Part shown: piece after piece, positions 20,240-30,001 of the stretch
Layout: every line of letters starts with the position of its first letter
Numbering within the stretch: position 1 is the first letter of the stretch
NCBI GenBank assembly: GCA_965224025.1
Contig: OZ245033.1
Location: 2,112,001-2,176,000 of the forward strand
Length of the DNA: 64,000 bases
Source: Candidatus Multivorans sp.
GTDB lineage: Bacteria > Acidobacteriota > Thermoanaerobaculia > Multivoradales > Multivoraceae
Reading direction: 5' to 3'
Program-made: the position numbers and the translations under genes
Notes under the pieces: generated by a model
What the model was told of the DNA's origin: nothing
The model's input: only the letters and a program-made list of their open reading frames with translations
The model's database searches: none

Positions 20240-21222
20240 GCGGCGGCCTCGCGCGCGCCCGACGGCAGGCCGTTGTCGGCGATCAGGTCACGATAGCGGA
20301 GCCGCTTGCCCGCGAGTCCCTCCGTGACGGCGACCATCTGCGCCAGCGTGTCGTACTCGCGGATGTTCTGCCGACCCGCGAACTCATCGACGTAGCGTTG
20401 CAGGTGCTTCGGACTGATCTTGTGGAACACACCCTTGTGCGCCCGCTTGAGCATCGACCAGAAGCTCTCGATCGAGTTCGTGTGGACCTTGCCGTCCACG
20501 TACTCGCCGACCGAGTGCTTCACCGTGCCACGCTCGTACTCGGTCAGACCGCTGTACGCCCCGGTATCGTCGCTGTACACCATCGCGCCGGGTTCGACGT
20601 GCTCGCGCACGAACGCCTGTAGGGTCTCGCCGTCGGTGGAGCGGACCACCTTCGCCGCGACCTTCTTGGTCTCGCGGTCCTTGATGCCCACCACGGCGGT
20701 CTTGCCGACCGTGCCGCGACCTTCAAGCTCCGCACGCTTCCACTTCGGCATGTTCTTCCGCAGACCGCCGAAGTACGTCTCGTCCACTTCGGCGGGACCG
20801 TCGAACCGGACTTCCGGCCCTTCGGCGGCGAACGCTTCGCGGATGCGCTGGAGCATGTGCCAAGCGGTCTTCTGAGTGACGCCTAGGTCACGGTGCAGTT
20901 TCATGCTCGATACGCCCTTGAGCGATGTGAGTTCGAGGTAGATCGCGTAGAGCCACGTCAACAGAGGCAACGGCGAACCAGCCATGAGCGTGCCGGTCTT
21001 GACGCTGAAGTACCGCTTGCAGTCGCGGCAGCGGTACGGCATCTGCTTGTGCTTGCATGCGTGCGTGTTGTCGCCGCCGCAGTTCGGGCACCACTTCACT
21101 CCATCGGGCCAAAGGTACGTCTCGAACCAGTCTCGCGCGGCTGCTTCATCGGGGAACATCCGCGCCAGTTGCACGAACGTCAGTCCCTTGCGGTAAGCCT
21201 TGCCGGGTGCCTTGTGCTTCAT
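20236..21222 (-). CDS. IS1595-family transposase
   Basis: Zn ribbon CPNCG/CRDC, GVTQKTAW, EVDETY, YSDD, HTNSIESFWSMLKR, YVDEF. Confidence 0.95.
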   Translation of the reverse strand: MKHKAPGKAYRKGLTFVQLARMFPDEAAARDWFETYLWPDGVKWCPNCGGDNTHACKHKQMPYRCRDCKRYFSVKTGTLMAGSPLPLLTWLYAIYLELTSLKGVSSMKLHRDLGVTQKTAWHMLQRIREAFAAEGPEVRFDGPAEVDETYFGGLRKNMPKWKRAELEGRGTVGKTAVVGIKDRETKKVAAKVVRSTDGETLQAFVREHVEPGAMVYSDDTGAYSGLTEYERGTVKHSVGEYVDGKVHTNSIESFWSMLKRAHKGVFHKISPKHLQRYVDEFAGRQNIREYDTLAQMVAVTEGLAGKRLRYRDLIADNGLPSGAREAAA

Positions 21223-21297
21223 CGTTTCATCTCCCGTCCAGTGTCCCTAGACACTACGGGAAATCAGCGCCCGTGTCAAGCCTAATATATAATCCCC

Positions 21298-21564
21298 TTC
21301 ACTTTGCTGGAGGTAGCTGGTTAGCACCTCGGGCGTCGGCAGCGAGTAGTCGACGGGTGCGCGCATCAGAAGCCCAACGAGAGTCGTGAACTCGGTGCGC
21401 GTCAGACAGTGCGGTGAGCACGTTCTGGCCAGGCTCTCGGGGGTGATTCCGTCATCCAGATCGAGGACATTGTCTCGCCAGGAGAGGAGGGCGAGCGCGT
21501 GTATGAAGCCCTTGGAGACGCACAGGCGGGTGAGGTTGTCGAAGATCGTCTGCTCGGAGCGCAT
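21298..21564 (-). pseudogene. 5' fragment of a larger hypothetical gene cut by the IS1595 end
   Basis: MRSEQTIFDNL..GFIHALA..RDN..RTEFTTLVGL runs directly into the IR. Confidence 0.6.
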
Positions 21565-21645
21565 GAATTGGGACTTGGGCTTACCGGGCGAGGTGCGCGG
21601 GAGTTGAAGAATGGGGCGGGGCGGCTTGGCAACGGATCACGTGGT

Positions 21646-22038
21646 TCAGGCTTGCCGGTTGAGCCGGGACCGAACCTGTTCCAGCAGATCCTCGATCCGG
21701 GCGATCGTCTTCGCGCGGTCCAACGCCGGAGCGTCAGGGACGCGGCCCGCATAGCGGAACCGGACCGCATAGGGCGTCAGTTCGACGAGTGCGTTGAGAT
21801 CGATCCCAGGAGACTGCCGGGCGGTCAGAACCTCCAGCAGTTGAGCGATGTCATGCGTGATCGGGTGGGTCTCGCCGAGGAGCGCGATCCAGGCCTTGAC
21901 CAGTTTCTCGGTGGCCTGCTGCGCCAGGAAGCCGGCGATTTCGTCAGCGAAGACCTTCTCGTCCGTCATACCGCGCAGCGCGGAGAGGTCGCGCTCCGCG
22001 GCTTCGACGAGAACCCGGGCGCACTTAGGGTCGCTCAT
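21646..22038 (-). CDS. HEPN-domain toxin
   Basis: AERDL, FLAQQATEKLVKA, THDI, YAVRFRY. Confidence 0.88.
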   Translation of the reverse strand: MSDPKCARVLVEAAERDLSALRGMTDEKVFADEIAGFLAQQATEKLVKAWIALLGETHPITHDIAQLLEVLTARQSPGIDLNALVELTPYAVRFRYAGRVPDAPALDRAKTIARIEDLLEQVRSRLNRQA

Positions 22039-22360
22039 AGAGAACCTTGCCCTCGCGGAGAGCTCGCGCGACGACGTGGTTCAGCGAATCTCGCCAGTAG
22101 TCCACCTCGTCCCGAGCGTAGAGCAGGATGTCGGTCGGCACCGGGAATCGGGCCAGTCGCTTGCTGAGTCGCACCGTCTGGGCATCGCGCTTCCCTACGG
22201 TGTTGAAGGACTCTGACTGGATGACCAGGAGGTCCACATCGGACTGTTGCTCCTGGTCGCCGCGGGCCTGGGAGCCGAAGAGGATCACCCGCTCGGGACT
22301 CACTTCGGCGACGATCGCGTCGACCATCTGAGCGAGCGTTGCGTTGCTGACCGGAGTCAT
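22025..22360 (-). CDS. Minimal nucleotidyltransferase (MNT) antitoxin
   Basis: ILFGSQARGD..SDVDLLV, ALREGKVLY; overlaps HEPN gene. Confidence 0.9.
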   Translation of the reverse strand: MTPVSNATLAQMVDAIVAEVSPERVILFGSQARGDQEQQSDVDLLVIQSESFNTVGKRDAQTVRLSKRLARFPVPTDILLYARDEVDYWRDSLNHVVARALREGKVLYERP

Positions 22361-22368
22361 CTTGGCCG

Positions 22369-22863
22369 TTACCGCCCGTGGTAGAGCGTCGCGTCCTCGG
22401 TGTGCAGGCCCCGCGGGTCGTCGCGGTTCGACTTGTAGAGGCCGCCCTGGGCGTCGACGAGGTCGTCGCTGAAGATCGTCTCGTCGACGGGGATCTCGCT
22501 TGGGCAGGAGATCTCGATCAGGTTGCCTGCCGGGTCGCGGATGAACATCTGCATCGCGCCGTCGGGGAGCCGACGCACCTTGCCCCAGGGTGAGGTGTCG
22601 ATGGCCCCGAGCTCGCGCATGCGGACGAAGATCGAGTCGAAGTCATCGACCTGCAGGCAGACGTGGCCCCGGAAGGAGGTCTGGTCTTCCCATTCCGTGA
22701 CGTGTAGCTGCTGCTCCTCGTTGATCTTGAAGAACTGGGCGGGGAAGTCGAGGTTGAAGGTCGGCAGCGGTTCGAGCCCGAGTTCATGCTCGTAGAAGGC
22801 GCAGGCCTTCTCCAGGTCGTCGACGACGACCGTCGCGTGTTGGATCTGGAGTACGTTGGCCAT
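22369..22863 (-). CDS. VOC/glyoxalase family protein
   Basis: QHATVVVDDLEKACAFY, HVCLQVDD, FIRDPAGNLIE. Confidence 0.85.
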   Translation of the reverse strand: MANVLQIQHATVVVDDLEKACAFYEHELGLEPLPTFNLDFPAQFFKINEEQQLHVTEWEDQTSFRGHVCLQVDDFDSIFVRMRELGAIDTSPWGKVRRLPDGAMQMFIRDPAGNLIEISCPSEIPVDETIFSDDLVDAQGGLYKSNRDDPRGLHTEDATLYHGR

Positions 22864-22914
22864 TTCGGCCGAGGCTATCGAACCCGATCCGTTGGCGGAC
22901 GACGGCCGGCCTTC

Positions 22915-22943
22915 TTGATTTTCTATGCCGGATTGGCTATAAA
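22915..22943 (+). promoter_or_regulatory. Sigma70 promoter, probably leaderless transcript
   Basis: TTGATT-17 nt-TATAAA; ATG 7 nt after the -10; no SD. Confidence 0.6.
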
Positions 22944-22949
22944 GATGCG

Positions 22950-23276
22950 ATGATCCTCCGAAATCTGGTGCGCGAGGCGCGCAAGCGCGCGGGGCTGACG
23001 CAGGTAGAGCTCGCGGAGCGCGCCGGTGTGCCGCAGTCCACGGTCGCCCGGGTGGAGTCGGGCGCCAGGACACCTTCGACGGACCTGGTCGAGCGGCTGG
23101 TGCGCGCCACCGGCTACGAGATTCGCGTCGGTCTGGGGGAGCCGGATCCCGAGACCGCCGGGCTGTTCGAGCGGACACTGCGGCGCTCGCCGCAGGAGCG
23201 CCTCGCCGACGCTGTCCGGGCCGCGCGATTCGTGCAGCGCGGTCGCCGCGCCCTGGAAAACCGCAGCCGTGACTGA
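22950..23276 (+). CDS. XRE-family HTH protein
   Basis: ARKRAGLTQVELAERAGVPQSTVARVESG. Confidence 0.85.
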   Translation: MILRNLVREARKRAGLTQVELAERAGVPQSTVARVESGARTPSTDLVERLVRATGYEIRVGLGEPDPETAGLFERTLRRSPQERLADAVRAARFVQRGRRALENRSRD

Positions 23277-23778
23277 AGCAGACTTCGATCCGGAGCGAGT
23301 TCTTCGCGCCCTGTCCGACGCCGAGGTCCGCTACGTCCTGATCGGCGGCATGGCTGCGATCATGCACGGTGACGCAGGCGTAACGCTCGATCTCGACATC
23401 GCCCCCGCCTTCGACCCCGGCAACCTGGAACGTCTGGCCGCCGCCCTGCGATCCCTCGGTGTGCGCATCCGTGCCGAGGGCAGCCCGCTAGGTGTCTCGT
23501 TCGATTGTTCGGGCGCCTTCCTGCGCAACCTCGGACGGGACGCGGTTCTGAACCTGACAACGCAGGCGGGCGACATCGACGTGGTTTTCACACCCACCGG
23601 TACGCAGGGCTTTCGGGATCTAAAGCGTGATGCCATCTCCATCGATGCCGCGGGCGTCACCATCCTCGTCGCGTCGCTGGCCGACATCATCCGCTCGAAG
23701 GCCGCCGCCGACCGTGAGAAGGACAGGCGGGCCTTGCCGAGGCTGCGCTCGCTGCTGGAACGTACAGCGAGCCGCTGA
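23269..23778 (+). CDS. Nucleotidyltransferase (DUF6036/AbiEii-like), putative toxin
   Basis: YVLIGGMAAIMHG..TLDLD, IIRSKAAADREKD. Confidence 0.75.
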   Translation: MTEADFDPERVLRALSDAEVRYVLIGGMAAIMHGDAGVTLDLDIAPAFDPGNLERLAAALRSLGVRIRAEGSPLGVSFDCSGAFLRNLGRDAVLNLTTQAGDIDVVFTPTGTQGFRDLKRDAISIDAAGVTILVASLADIIRSKAAADREKDRRALPRLRSLLERTASR

Positions 23779-23810
23779 TGGGGCCTCGTCCAGTCCACGG
23801 ATCGAACGCC

Positions 23811-24698
23811 TCAGCGGATCAGCGGCAGGAGTTCCTCGGCCGAGCGCTGCGTGAGCATCGTGTAGAACTCGTCGCTCAGCAGGTTGCTGCCGTGGTCCTC
23901 GATGAACTTCTTCTGCTCCGGCGTGATGTCGGTCGGCTCGGTCTCCACCGCGTTCGGATGGCGGTTGGCCGGCGTGCGGTCGATCGAGGCCACGAACTCG
24001 ACGGTCAGGGCGCCGTCGTAGCCGACCTCTCGTAGCGTCTCGACGATCGCCGCCCAGTCGAGCGCGCCCATGCCGGGGGCCATCCGGTTGCTGTCGGCGA
24101 CGTGGAAGTCGACGAGACGGCTGCCGGCCTTGCGGATGGAGCCCAGGACGTCGTCGTCCTCCATGTTCATGTGGAAGGCGTCGAGGCAGACGCCGCAGTC
24201 CGGCCCGGTCGCTTCGGCGAGCGCCAGCGCCTGGTCGCCGCGGTTGATGAAGTAGGTCTCGAAGCGGTTGATCGGCTCGATCGCGAGCAGCACGCCCGCG
24301 GCCCGACCGTGCTCGTAGATCGCGCGCATGCTCTCGACCGCCCACCGCCACTCGTTCTCGGGCGTCGAGTCGGGGTCCACCTTGCCTACCGTCCCCGGAA
24401 CGACCGACATCTCGTGGCCGTCGAGCTCCTTCACCATCGTGATGCAGTCCTTGACGTACTGGATGGAGTTGGCGCGCTCGGCCTCGTCCCTGGCGATCAG
24501 GCTGCGGCCCTCCATCATCAACGTGACGGAGCCCCAGCAGCGAAGGCCGTACTGCTTCAGCAGGGCGCCGACCTCGGCCGTGTCGTAGAGCTCCGGCTCG
24601 CCGCTGATCTCGAGCGACTCGTAGCCGAACTGCTTGAGCCGCGCCAGAGTCTTCTCAAGCGGTTCGGCGCGCATCCAGTTGTGCATGGACAGGTGCAT
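23811..24698 (-). CDS. Sugar phosphate isomerase/epimerase (xylose-isomerase-like TIM barrel, ketose 3-epimerase-like)
   Basis: IEPINRFETY, LDAFHMNME, FHVADSNR..PG.G, VEF. Confidence 0.85.
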   Translation of the reverse strand: MHLSMHNWMRAEPLEKTLARLKQFGYESLEISGEPELYDTAEVGALLKQYGLRCWGSVTLMMEGRSLIARDEAERANSIQYVKDCITMVKELDGHEMSVVPGTVGKVDPDSTPENEWRWAVESMRAIYEHGRAAGVLLAIEPINRFETYFINRGDQALALAEATGPDCGVCLDAFHMNMEDDDVLGSIRKAGSRLVDFHVADSNRMAPGMGALDWAAIVETLREVGYDGALTVEFVASIDRTPANRHPNAVETEPTDITPEQKKFIEDHGSNLLSDEFYTMLTQRSAEELLPLIR

Positions 24699-24861
24699 GG
24701 CAGGTCTCCCGTTGGTGCGGGGGAAGATAGCAGGGGCGACATGCCCAAAGGCGCCAAGGATTCGCTGTTCTCATGCGTCATACCGATGAGTTGGGATGGC
24801 AGAAGCGGTTCAGCACGTCGTCGTGGCCAGGTGGGCATCCGCCGAGCGGTGCCCTAGTAGG

Positions 24862-25404
24862 GTGACTGGCGTGCCGAGGCGTGACGAGGACCTGGTGCGG
24901 GCTGCGGCCCTGGGTGATCGCGAGGCCTTTGCAGAGTTACTGGACCTTCACTACCACCGGATTTTCCGGTTCTGCTTCCGGCTGACCGGAAGTCGGGACG
25001 AGGCGGAGGATCTGGCGCAGGACATCTGTCTTGCCCTGCCGGCGAAGTTGAAGAGCTTCCGCGGTAGGGCGCGACTTTCGACTTGGCTCTATCGGGTCGC
25101 CATGAACGCGGCGCACGACCGACGTCGCCGCGCGAAGAGCAGGACGAAGGCTGCTGAAGGTTGGGGAGACTGGGAAGTGAACCGCCGCGCGGCGGTAACG
25201 GAGAGGGCTGAGGATCTCGACTGGCTGCGTCGCTCGATGGCGGCGCTGCCGGACGATCTGCGGGACACGGTGGCGCTCACGCTGGACGGCGAGATGACCC
25301 ACGCCGAGGCCGCTGTGGTTCTCGGAGTCTCCGAAGGCACCGTCAGTTGGCGGCTCTCGGAGGTGCGCAAGCGCCTTCTGGCGATGCGGCGAGAGGAAGG
25401 ATGA
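24862..25404 (+). CDS. ECF RNA polymerase sigma factor
   Basis: GDREAFAEL, AEDLAQD, FRGRARLSTWLYRVAMN, GVSEGTVSWRL. Confidence 0.9.
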   Translation: MTGVPRRDEDLVRAAALGDREAFAELLDLHYHRIFRFCFRLTGSRDEAEDLAQDICLALPAKLKSFRGRARLSTWLYRVAMNAAHDRRRRAKSRTKAAEGWGDWEVNRRAAVTERAEDLDWLRRSMAALPDDLRDTVALTLDGEMTHAEAAVVLGVSEGTVSWRLSEVRKRLLAMRREEG

Positions 25405-27827
25405 CGATGACTGATCCACTCGACGACCTGAAGCGCGCGTTCGACCACGCGACGCCCGAGCCCGATGCCGAAAGGCGGAAGGCCACGCTGGCTCGCGCGA
25501 TGGAGTTGTTCGACGAAGCCCAAGAATCGGCGGTCGAGCCGCGTCGTACCCATGACCGCCACCAGTTCGGGGCGGCGATCGGACATGGAGTACGACACAT
25601 GCTTTCCGCACTGACCTCCCGCCCCGCCCTCGCCGCGGCCGCCGGCCTGGCCGCCGTCGGTCTCGCCCTTGTCTTCGTGATCCTGAGTCGTGACGCCGTG
25701 CCGCGGCCAGCGGCGGTTGTCGCTGAGGTCGGTGTTGTTGGCGAGGAGGAGGCAACGCCTTCCGACCATCCTGCGGAAGAGACTCACGAGACAGAACGCG
25801 GCACGGAAGTCGATGCTGTCGCCGAAGGCCCAGGGGGGGCTCAGACCGACCGCGTGCTCCTCCCGGCTCCGACCGAAGAAGAAGCGATGCCTCTCGATGC
25901 TCGGGAGACGCGAAGCGAAGGGACTCCGCCGGCAGTTGCCGTAGCGGCCGCGGCGCCCCCAGCGCCCGCGGCGGAGCCGGCTGCGGCGCTTCCGGCCGCC
26001 AGGTCCCGGGAAGCCGGGTTTTCCGAGACCATTGCGGCCTTGGACGCGGAAAGAGAACGCTTGCGTGTCGCGCTGGAGTCCCTGCCGGGCCGCGCTGACG
26101 AGAGGGCCGTCGCGGGAGAACGCGTGGCGGGCGCGACCGAGTTGGCGGAACGAACGTCGGCGGCGCCATCACCTGCTCCGGCAAGGGTCCAGGACTTCGA
26201 GTCCTATCAGCGCGAGAGGGCTCAGGACATCAGAGTGAAGATCGAGCGCAACGTGGCTGAACTCCAGCGCGCGGTCGGACGTCAAGCGGGTGCGAACGAG
26301 AGCCCCGTTCAAGCGGAGGCGCTGATGGTGGCTGCGGAACCGCCCCCCACCGCGCGCTTCGCGGTATCCAGACTCCTGGACGCCGACACTGCGGCGCCGC
26401 GACAGCCCGACACCGAAGCCTTCGCCAACGAGCCGGCCAACCCGGTCAAGGTCGCAAGCGAGGAAGCCGTCTCCACCTTCTCGATCGACGTCGACACGGC
26501 GAGCTACTCCGTTGTCCGCTCGTCGCTGATGAACGGCTACCTGCCACCCGCCGAGTCGGTGCGGATCGAGGAGTTGGTCAACTACTTCCCCTACGCGTAT
26601 CCGCCGCCGGAGGCGGGCGGGACGCCGTTCCGGCCGACGGTGATCGTGTCGGAGACGCCGTGGAACCCGGACACGCTGCTGATGACCGTCGGCATCCAGG
26701 GCCGCCTGCCGGCGACCGACGATCGGCCGCCGCTGAACCTCGTGTTCCTGATCGACACCTCGGGCTCGATGAACCGGCCGAACAAGCTGCCGCTACTCGT
26801 GCAGTCCTTCCGCCTCATGGTCGGCCAACTGCGCCCCGGGGACGAGGTCGCGATCGTCACCTATGCCGGCAGCGCGGGCCGGGTGCTGGACGCCACACCC
26901 GCTAACGAGCGCGGCACGATCCTGGCGGCGCTCGACCGCCTGAGCGCCGGTGGTTCAACGGCCGGGGCGGCGGGCATCCAGGTGGCCTACGGAACTGCCG
27001 GAGAAATGGCCGCCGAGGGCGAGGTCACGCGGGTGATCCTGGCCACCGACGGCGACTTCAACGTCGGCATCTCGGACCCCGAACAGCTCAGGGGCTTCAT
27101 CGCCCGGCAGCGTGAGAGCGGCATCTACCTTTCCGTGCTCGGCTTCGGCCGCGGCAACCTGGATGACGCGACGATGCAGGCGCTGGCTCAGAACGGCAAC
27201 GGGCAGGCGGCCTATATCGACACGCTGTCGGAGGCCCAGAAGGTGCTCGTCGACCAGCTCACCGGAACCCTGTTCCCGATCGCCGACGACGTGAAGATCC
27301 AGGTGGAATTCAACCCCGCCGCGGTCGCCGAGTACCGGTTGATCGGCTATGAGACCCGCGCGCTCAGGCGCGAGGACTTCAACAACGACCGGGTGGACGC
27401 GGGCGAGATCGGGGCCGGGCATTCGGTCACGGCGATCTACGAGGTGACGCCGGTCGGGTCCCCGGCGGTGCTGCACGATGCCCTGCGCTACGCGGCGCCC
27501 GCGGCCGACCTGCCCGGCCCGGCAAGGGGAGCGAGCGGGTCCGCCGAACTCGCCTTCCTCCGCCTGCGCTACAAGGCGCCGGGCGAGGATAGGAGCCGTC
27601 TCCTCGAACTGCCGATCGCCCGCGACTCGGACGGCGCCGGTTCCAGCCAGCGCTTCGCCGCCGCAATCGCCGGATTCGGCCAGCTCCTGCGGGGCGGCGT
27701 CTACACCGGCGGCTGGACCTGGGCCGACGCGATCGCCCTCGCCGAGGCGAACACCGGCGACGACCCGTTCGGCTACCGCCGCGAGGCCGTGACCCTGATG
27801 CGCCTGGCCGAGAGCCTCACCGAGTAG
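25401..27827 (+). CDS. Membrane-anchored VWA protein (YfbK/DUF3520-like), probable anti-sigma
   Basis: TM segment, STFSIDVDTASYS, DTSGSM MIDAS motif, LATDGDFNVG, YRLIGYE; ATGA coupling to the sigma gene. Confidence 0.85.
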   Translation: MTMTDPLDDLKRAFDHATPEPDAERRKATLARAMELFDEAQESAVEPRRTHDRHQFGAAIGHGVRHMLSALTSRPALAAAAGLAAVGLALVFVILSRDAVPRPAAVVAEVGVVGEEEATPSDHPAEETHETERGTEVDAVAEGPGGAQTDRVLLPAPTEEEAMPLDARETRSEGTPPAVAVAAAAPPAPAAEPAAALPAARSREAGFSETIAALDAERERLRVALESLPGRADERAVAGERVAGATELAERTSAAPSPAPARVQDFESYQRERAQDIRVKIERNVAELQRAVGRQAGANESPVQAEALMVAAEPPPTARFAVSRLLDADTAAPRQPDTEAFANEPANPVKVASEEAVSTFSIDVDTASYSVVRSSLMNGYLPPAESVRIEELVNYFPYAYPPPEAGGTPFRPTVIVSETPWNPDTLLMTVGIQGRLPATDDRPPLNLVFLIDTSGSMNRPNKLPLLVQSFRLMVGQLRPGDEVAIVTYAGSAGRVLDATPANERGTILAALDRLSAGGSTAGAAGIQVAYGTAGEMAAEGEVTRVILATDGDFNVGISDPEQLRGFIARQRESGIYLSVLGFGRGNLDDATMQALAQNGNGQAAYIDTLSEAQKVLVDQLTGTLFPIADDVKIQVEFNPAAVAEYRLIGYETRALRREDFNNDRVDAGEIGAGHSVTAIYEVTPVGSPAVLHDALRYAAPAADLPGPARGASGSAELAFLRLRYKAPGEDRSRLLELPIARDSDGAGSSQRFAAAIAGFGQLLRGGVYTGGWTWADAIALAEANTGDDPFGYRREAVTLMRLAESLTE

Positions 27828-27840
27828 GGCGGCAGCGCGG

Positions 27841-28665
27841 TCAACTCGCGCCGAGAAACCGGCGCAGGCAGCGGGTGACGGCGCCCGGGGCTTCGGCCAT
27901 CAGCATGTGGCCGGCGTCCGCCACCGTCTCGAAGGCCGCGCCGCCGCTGCCGTCGTGGATGCGGTCCGCGAGCGCCCGGCCGGCTCTCGGTGGCGTCATC
28001 CGGTCCTCGGTTCCCGAGACCACGAGCGTCGGGCAGCTGACGCCTGGGGCGCTTTCGCTGCCTTCCCACTCGTTGCAGGCGACGAAGTCGCGGTGGAGCA
28101 CTTCCGGAGCGCAGCGGTCGAGCAGAGCCATGGTGGCGCCGAGCATCCACAGTCCCGGCGACTCGGCGCCGCCGAAGTGGGCGCCGGCGCCGTGGCCGAA
28201 GGCGGCGATGAAGCGGTGGGCGTTGAGGGGTCTCTTCAGTGTGTCGGCGAGCAGACCGGGGTTCACGCGGAGCGTCTCGCCGGCACCGAACAGGGCGACT
28301 CGGTTGGCGGGTGGGTTCAGTCTGGACGCGGCGTCGACCGCGATGCATGCCCCCATCGAATGGCCGACGATCGCAAGCTCCTCGCTGCCTGCCCGTGCCG
28401 CGGCTTGGGTGGCGAAGTCGGCGGTCCAGGCCGCGTAGTCGGCGATCGTGGCGATATCGTCCAGATCCTCGGAGGCGCCGTGGCCGGGGAGGTCGGCCGC
28501 GGCGACGTTCCAGCCGTGCTGGGCCAGTGACCGCGCCTGGAGGGCCCACACCGTATGGTCGCAACCGGCGCCGTGAAGGAGCAGGGCGAGCGGCTGCCCC
28601 GGCTTCCAGGCGGCGCCGCCGGCGCCGCAGTAGACCTTGCGGCCGTGCGTTCCGAGTTCGGGCAT
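27841..28665 (-). CDS. Alpha/beta hydrolase
   Basis: LLHGAG, DLPGHG, GHSMG, EDRMTP, AGHMLM. Confidence 0.85.
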   Translation of the reverse strand: MPELGTHGRKVYCGAGGAAWKPGQPLALLLHGAGCDHTVWALQARSLAQHGWNVAAADLPGHGASEDLDDIATIADYAAWTADFATQAAARAGSEELAIVGHSMGACIAVDAASRLNPPANRVALFGAGETLRVNPGLLADTLKRPLNAHRFIAAFGHGAGAHFGGAESPGLWMLGATMALLDRCAPEVLHRDFVACNEWEGSESAPGVSCPTLVVSGTEDRMTPPRAGRALADRIHDGSGGAAFETVADAGHMLMAEAPGAVTRCLRRFLGAS

Positions 28666-28678
28666 GCCTGATTCCCGG

Positions 28679-30001
28679 TCAGGAGGCCACGGCCCGTAGC
28701 CGCTGCACCTGCTTCTGGGAGCGCTTCAGGGCACGGTCGAGATCGGCGGTCAGGTCGCCTGGGTCCTCGAGCCCGACGGAGAGCCTGACCATCTCCTGAG
28801 TGACGCCCGATTCGGCCAGCTCTTCCGCCGTCATCTGCTGGTGGGTCGTGCTCGCGGGGTGGATAACCAGGCTCTTCGCGTCGCCGACGTTCGCCAGGTG
28901 CGACCAGAGCTCCAGGCTCTCGATGAAGGCGATCCCGGCCTCGAGGCCGCCGCGGATGCCGAACGTCATCAGGGCGCCGCTGCCCTTCGGCAGGAGCTTC
29001 TTCGCCAAGTCGTGCTGGGGATGGCTTCCCAGACCGGGATAGCTCACCCACTCGACTGCGTCGTGCCGTTCCAGGAAGGCGGCGACGACGGCGGCGTTTT
29101 CCGCGTGGCGTTTGACGCGCAGCGGCAGCGTCTCGAGTCCCTGCAGCAGGTAGAAGGCGGCCTGCGGATTGAGACAGGCGCCGAAGTCGCGTAGCCCTTC
29201 GAGCCGCGCCTTGAGGATGAAGGCGGGCGGCCCGTAGTGCTCGGCGAAGGCGATGCCGTGGTAGCCGGGGCAGGGCTCGGTCATGATGAGGAAACGGCCG
29301 GAAGCGGCCCAATCGAACTTGCCGCTGTCGACCAGGACGCCGCCCAGGGTGACGCCGTGGCCGCCGATGAACTTGGTCGCCGAGTGCATCACGATGTCCG
29401 CGCCGAGATCGATCGGCCGCGACAGGAAGGGGGTGGCGAAGGTGCTGTCGATCATCAGCGGCACGCCGATGTCGTGGGCGAACCCGGCGACGGCGGGAAT
29501 GTCCAGCACGTCGATGCGCGGGTTGCCGATCGTCTCGCCGAAGAACAGCTTCGTGTTCGGCCGCGCCGCGCGCTGGAAGTTCCGGGGGTCGGTCGGCTCG
29601 ACGAAGGTGGTCTCGATGCCGAAGCGCCGGAGGGTGTGGTTCAGCAGGTTGTGGGTGCCGCCGTAGATCGCGGCCGAGGACACGACGTGGTCGCCGGCGG
29701 AGAGGATCGTCGCCGCGGCGAGATGGAAGGCGGACTGGCCGGAGGCGGTGGCGACGGCGCCGACGCCGCCCTCGAGCGCCGCGATCCGTTCCTCGAACAC
29801 GGCGACCGTCGGGTTCGAGATCCGCGAGTAGATATGTCCGGCTTCCTCCAGGTTGAACAGCCCCGCGGCGTGGTCCGTATCGCGGAACACGTAGGACGTC
29901 GAGTTGTAGACCGGCACCGCGCGGGCCCCGGTGGCCGCGTCGGGCCGCTGGCCAGCGTGAAGCGAAAGCGTGTCGAACTTGTAGAACCAGTCACTGTTCA
30001 T
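28679..30001 (-). CDS. metY: O-acetylhomoserine aminocarboxypropyltransferase
   Basis: YSRISNPT, ETIGNP, HSATKFIGGHG, LANVGDAKSLVIHPASTTH. Confidence 0.9.
   Translation of the reverse strand: MNSDWFYKFDTLSLHAGQRPDAATGARAVPVYNSTSYVFRDTDHAAGLFNLEEAGHIYSRISNPTVAVFEERIAALEGGVGAVATASGQSAFHLAAATILSAGDHVVSSAAIYGGTHNLLNHTLRRFGIETTFVEPTDPRNFQRAARPNTKLFFGETIGNPRIDVLDIPAVAGFAHDIGVPLMIDSTFATPFLSRPIDLGADIVMHSATKFIGGHGVTLGGVLVDSGKFDWAASGRFLIMTEPCPGYHGIAFAEHYGPPAFILKARLEGLRDFGACLNPQAAFYLLQGLETLPLRVKRHAENAAVVAAFLERHDAVEWVSYPGLGSHPQHDLAKKLLPKGSGALMTFGIRGGLEAGIAFIESLELWSHLANVGDAKSLVIHPASTTHQQMTAEELAESGVTQEMVRLSVGLEDPGDLTADLDRALKRSQKQVQRLRAVAS

Larger units (their letters stand above)
18591..21297 (-). mobile_element. 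IS1595-family element with passenger genes (2707 bp)
   Basis: 22-bp terminal IRs GGGGATTATACACTAGACTTGA / GGGGATTATATATTAGGCTTGA (3 mismatches) enclose transposase plus cargo. Confidence 0.88.
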
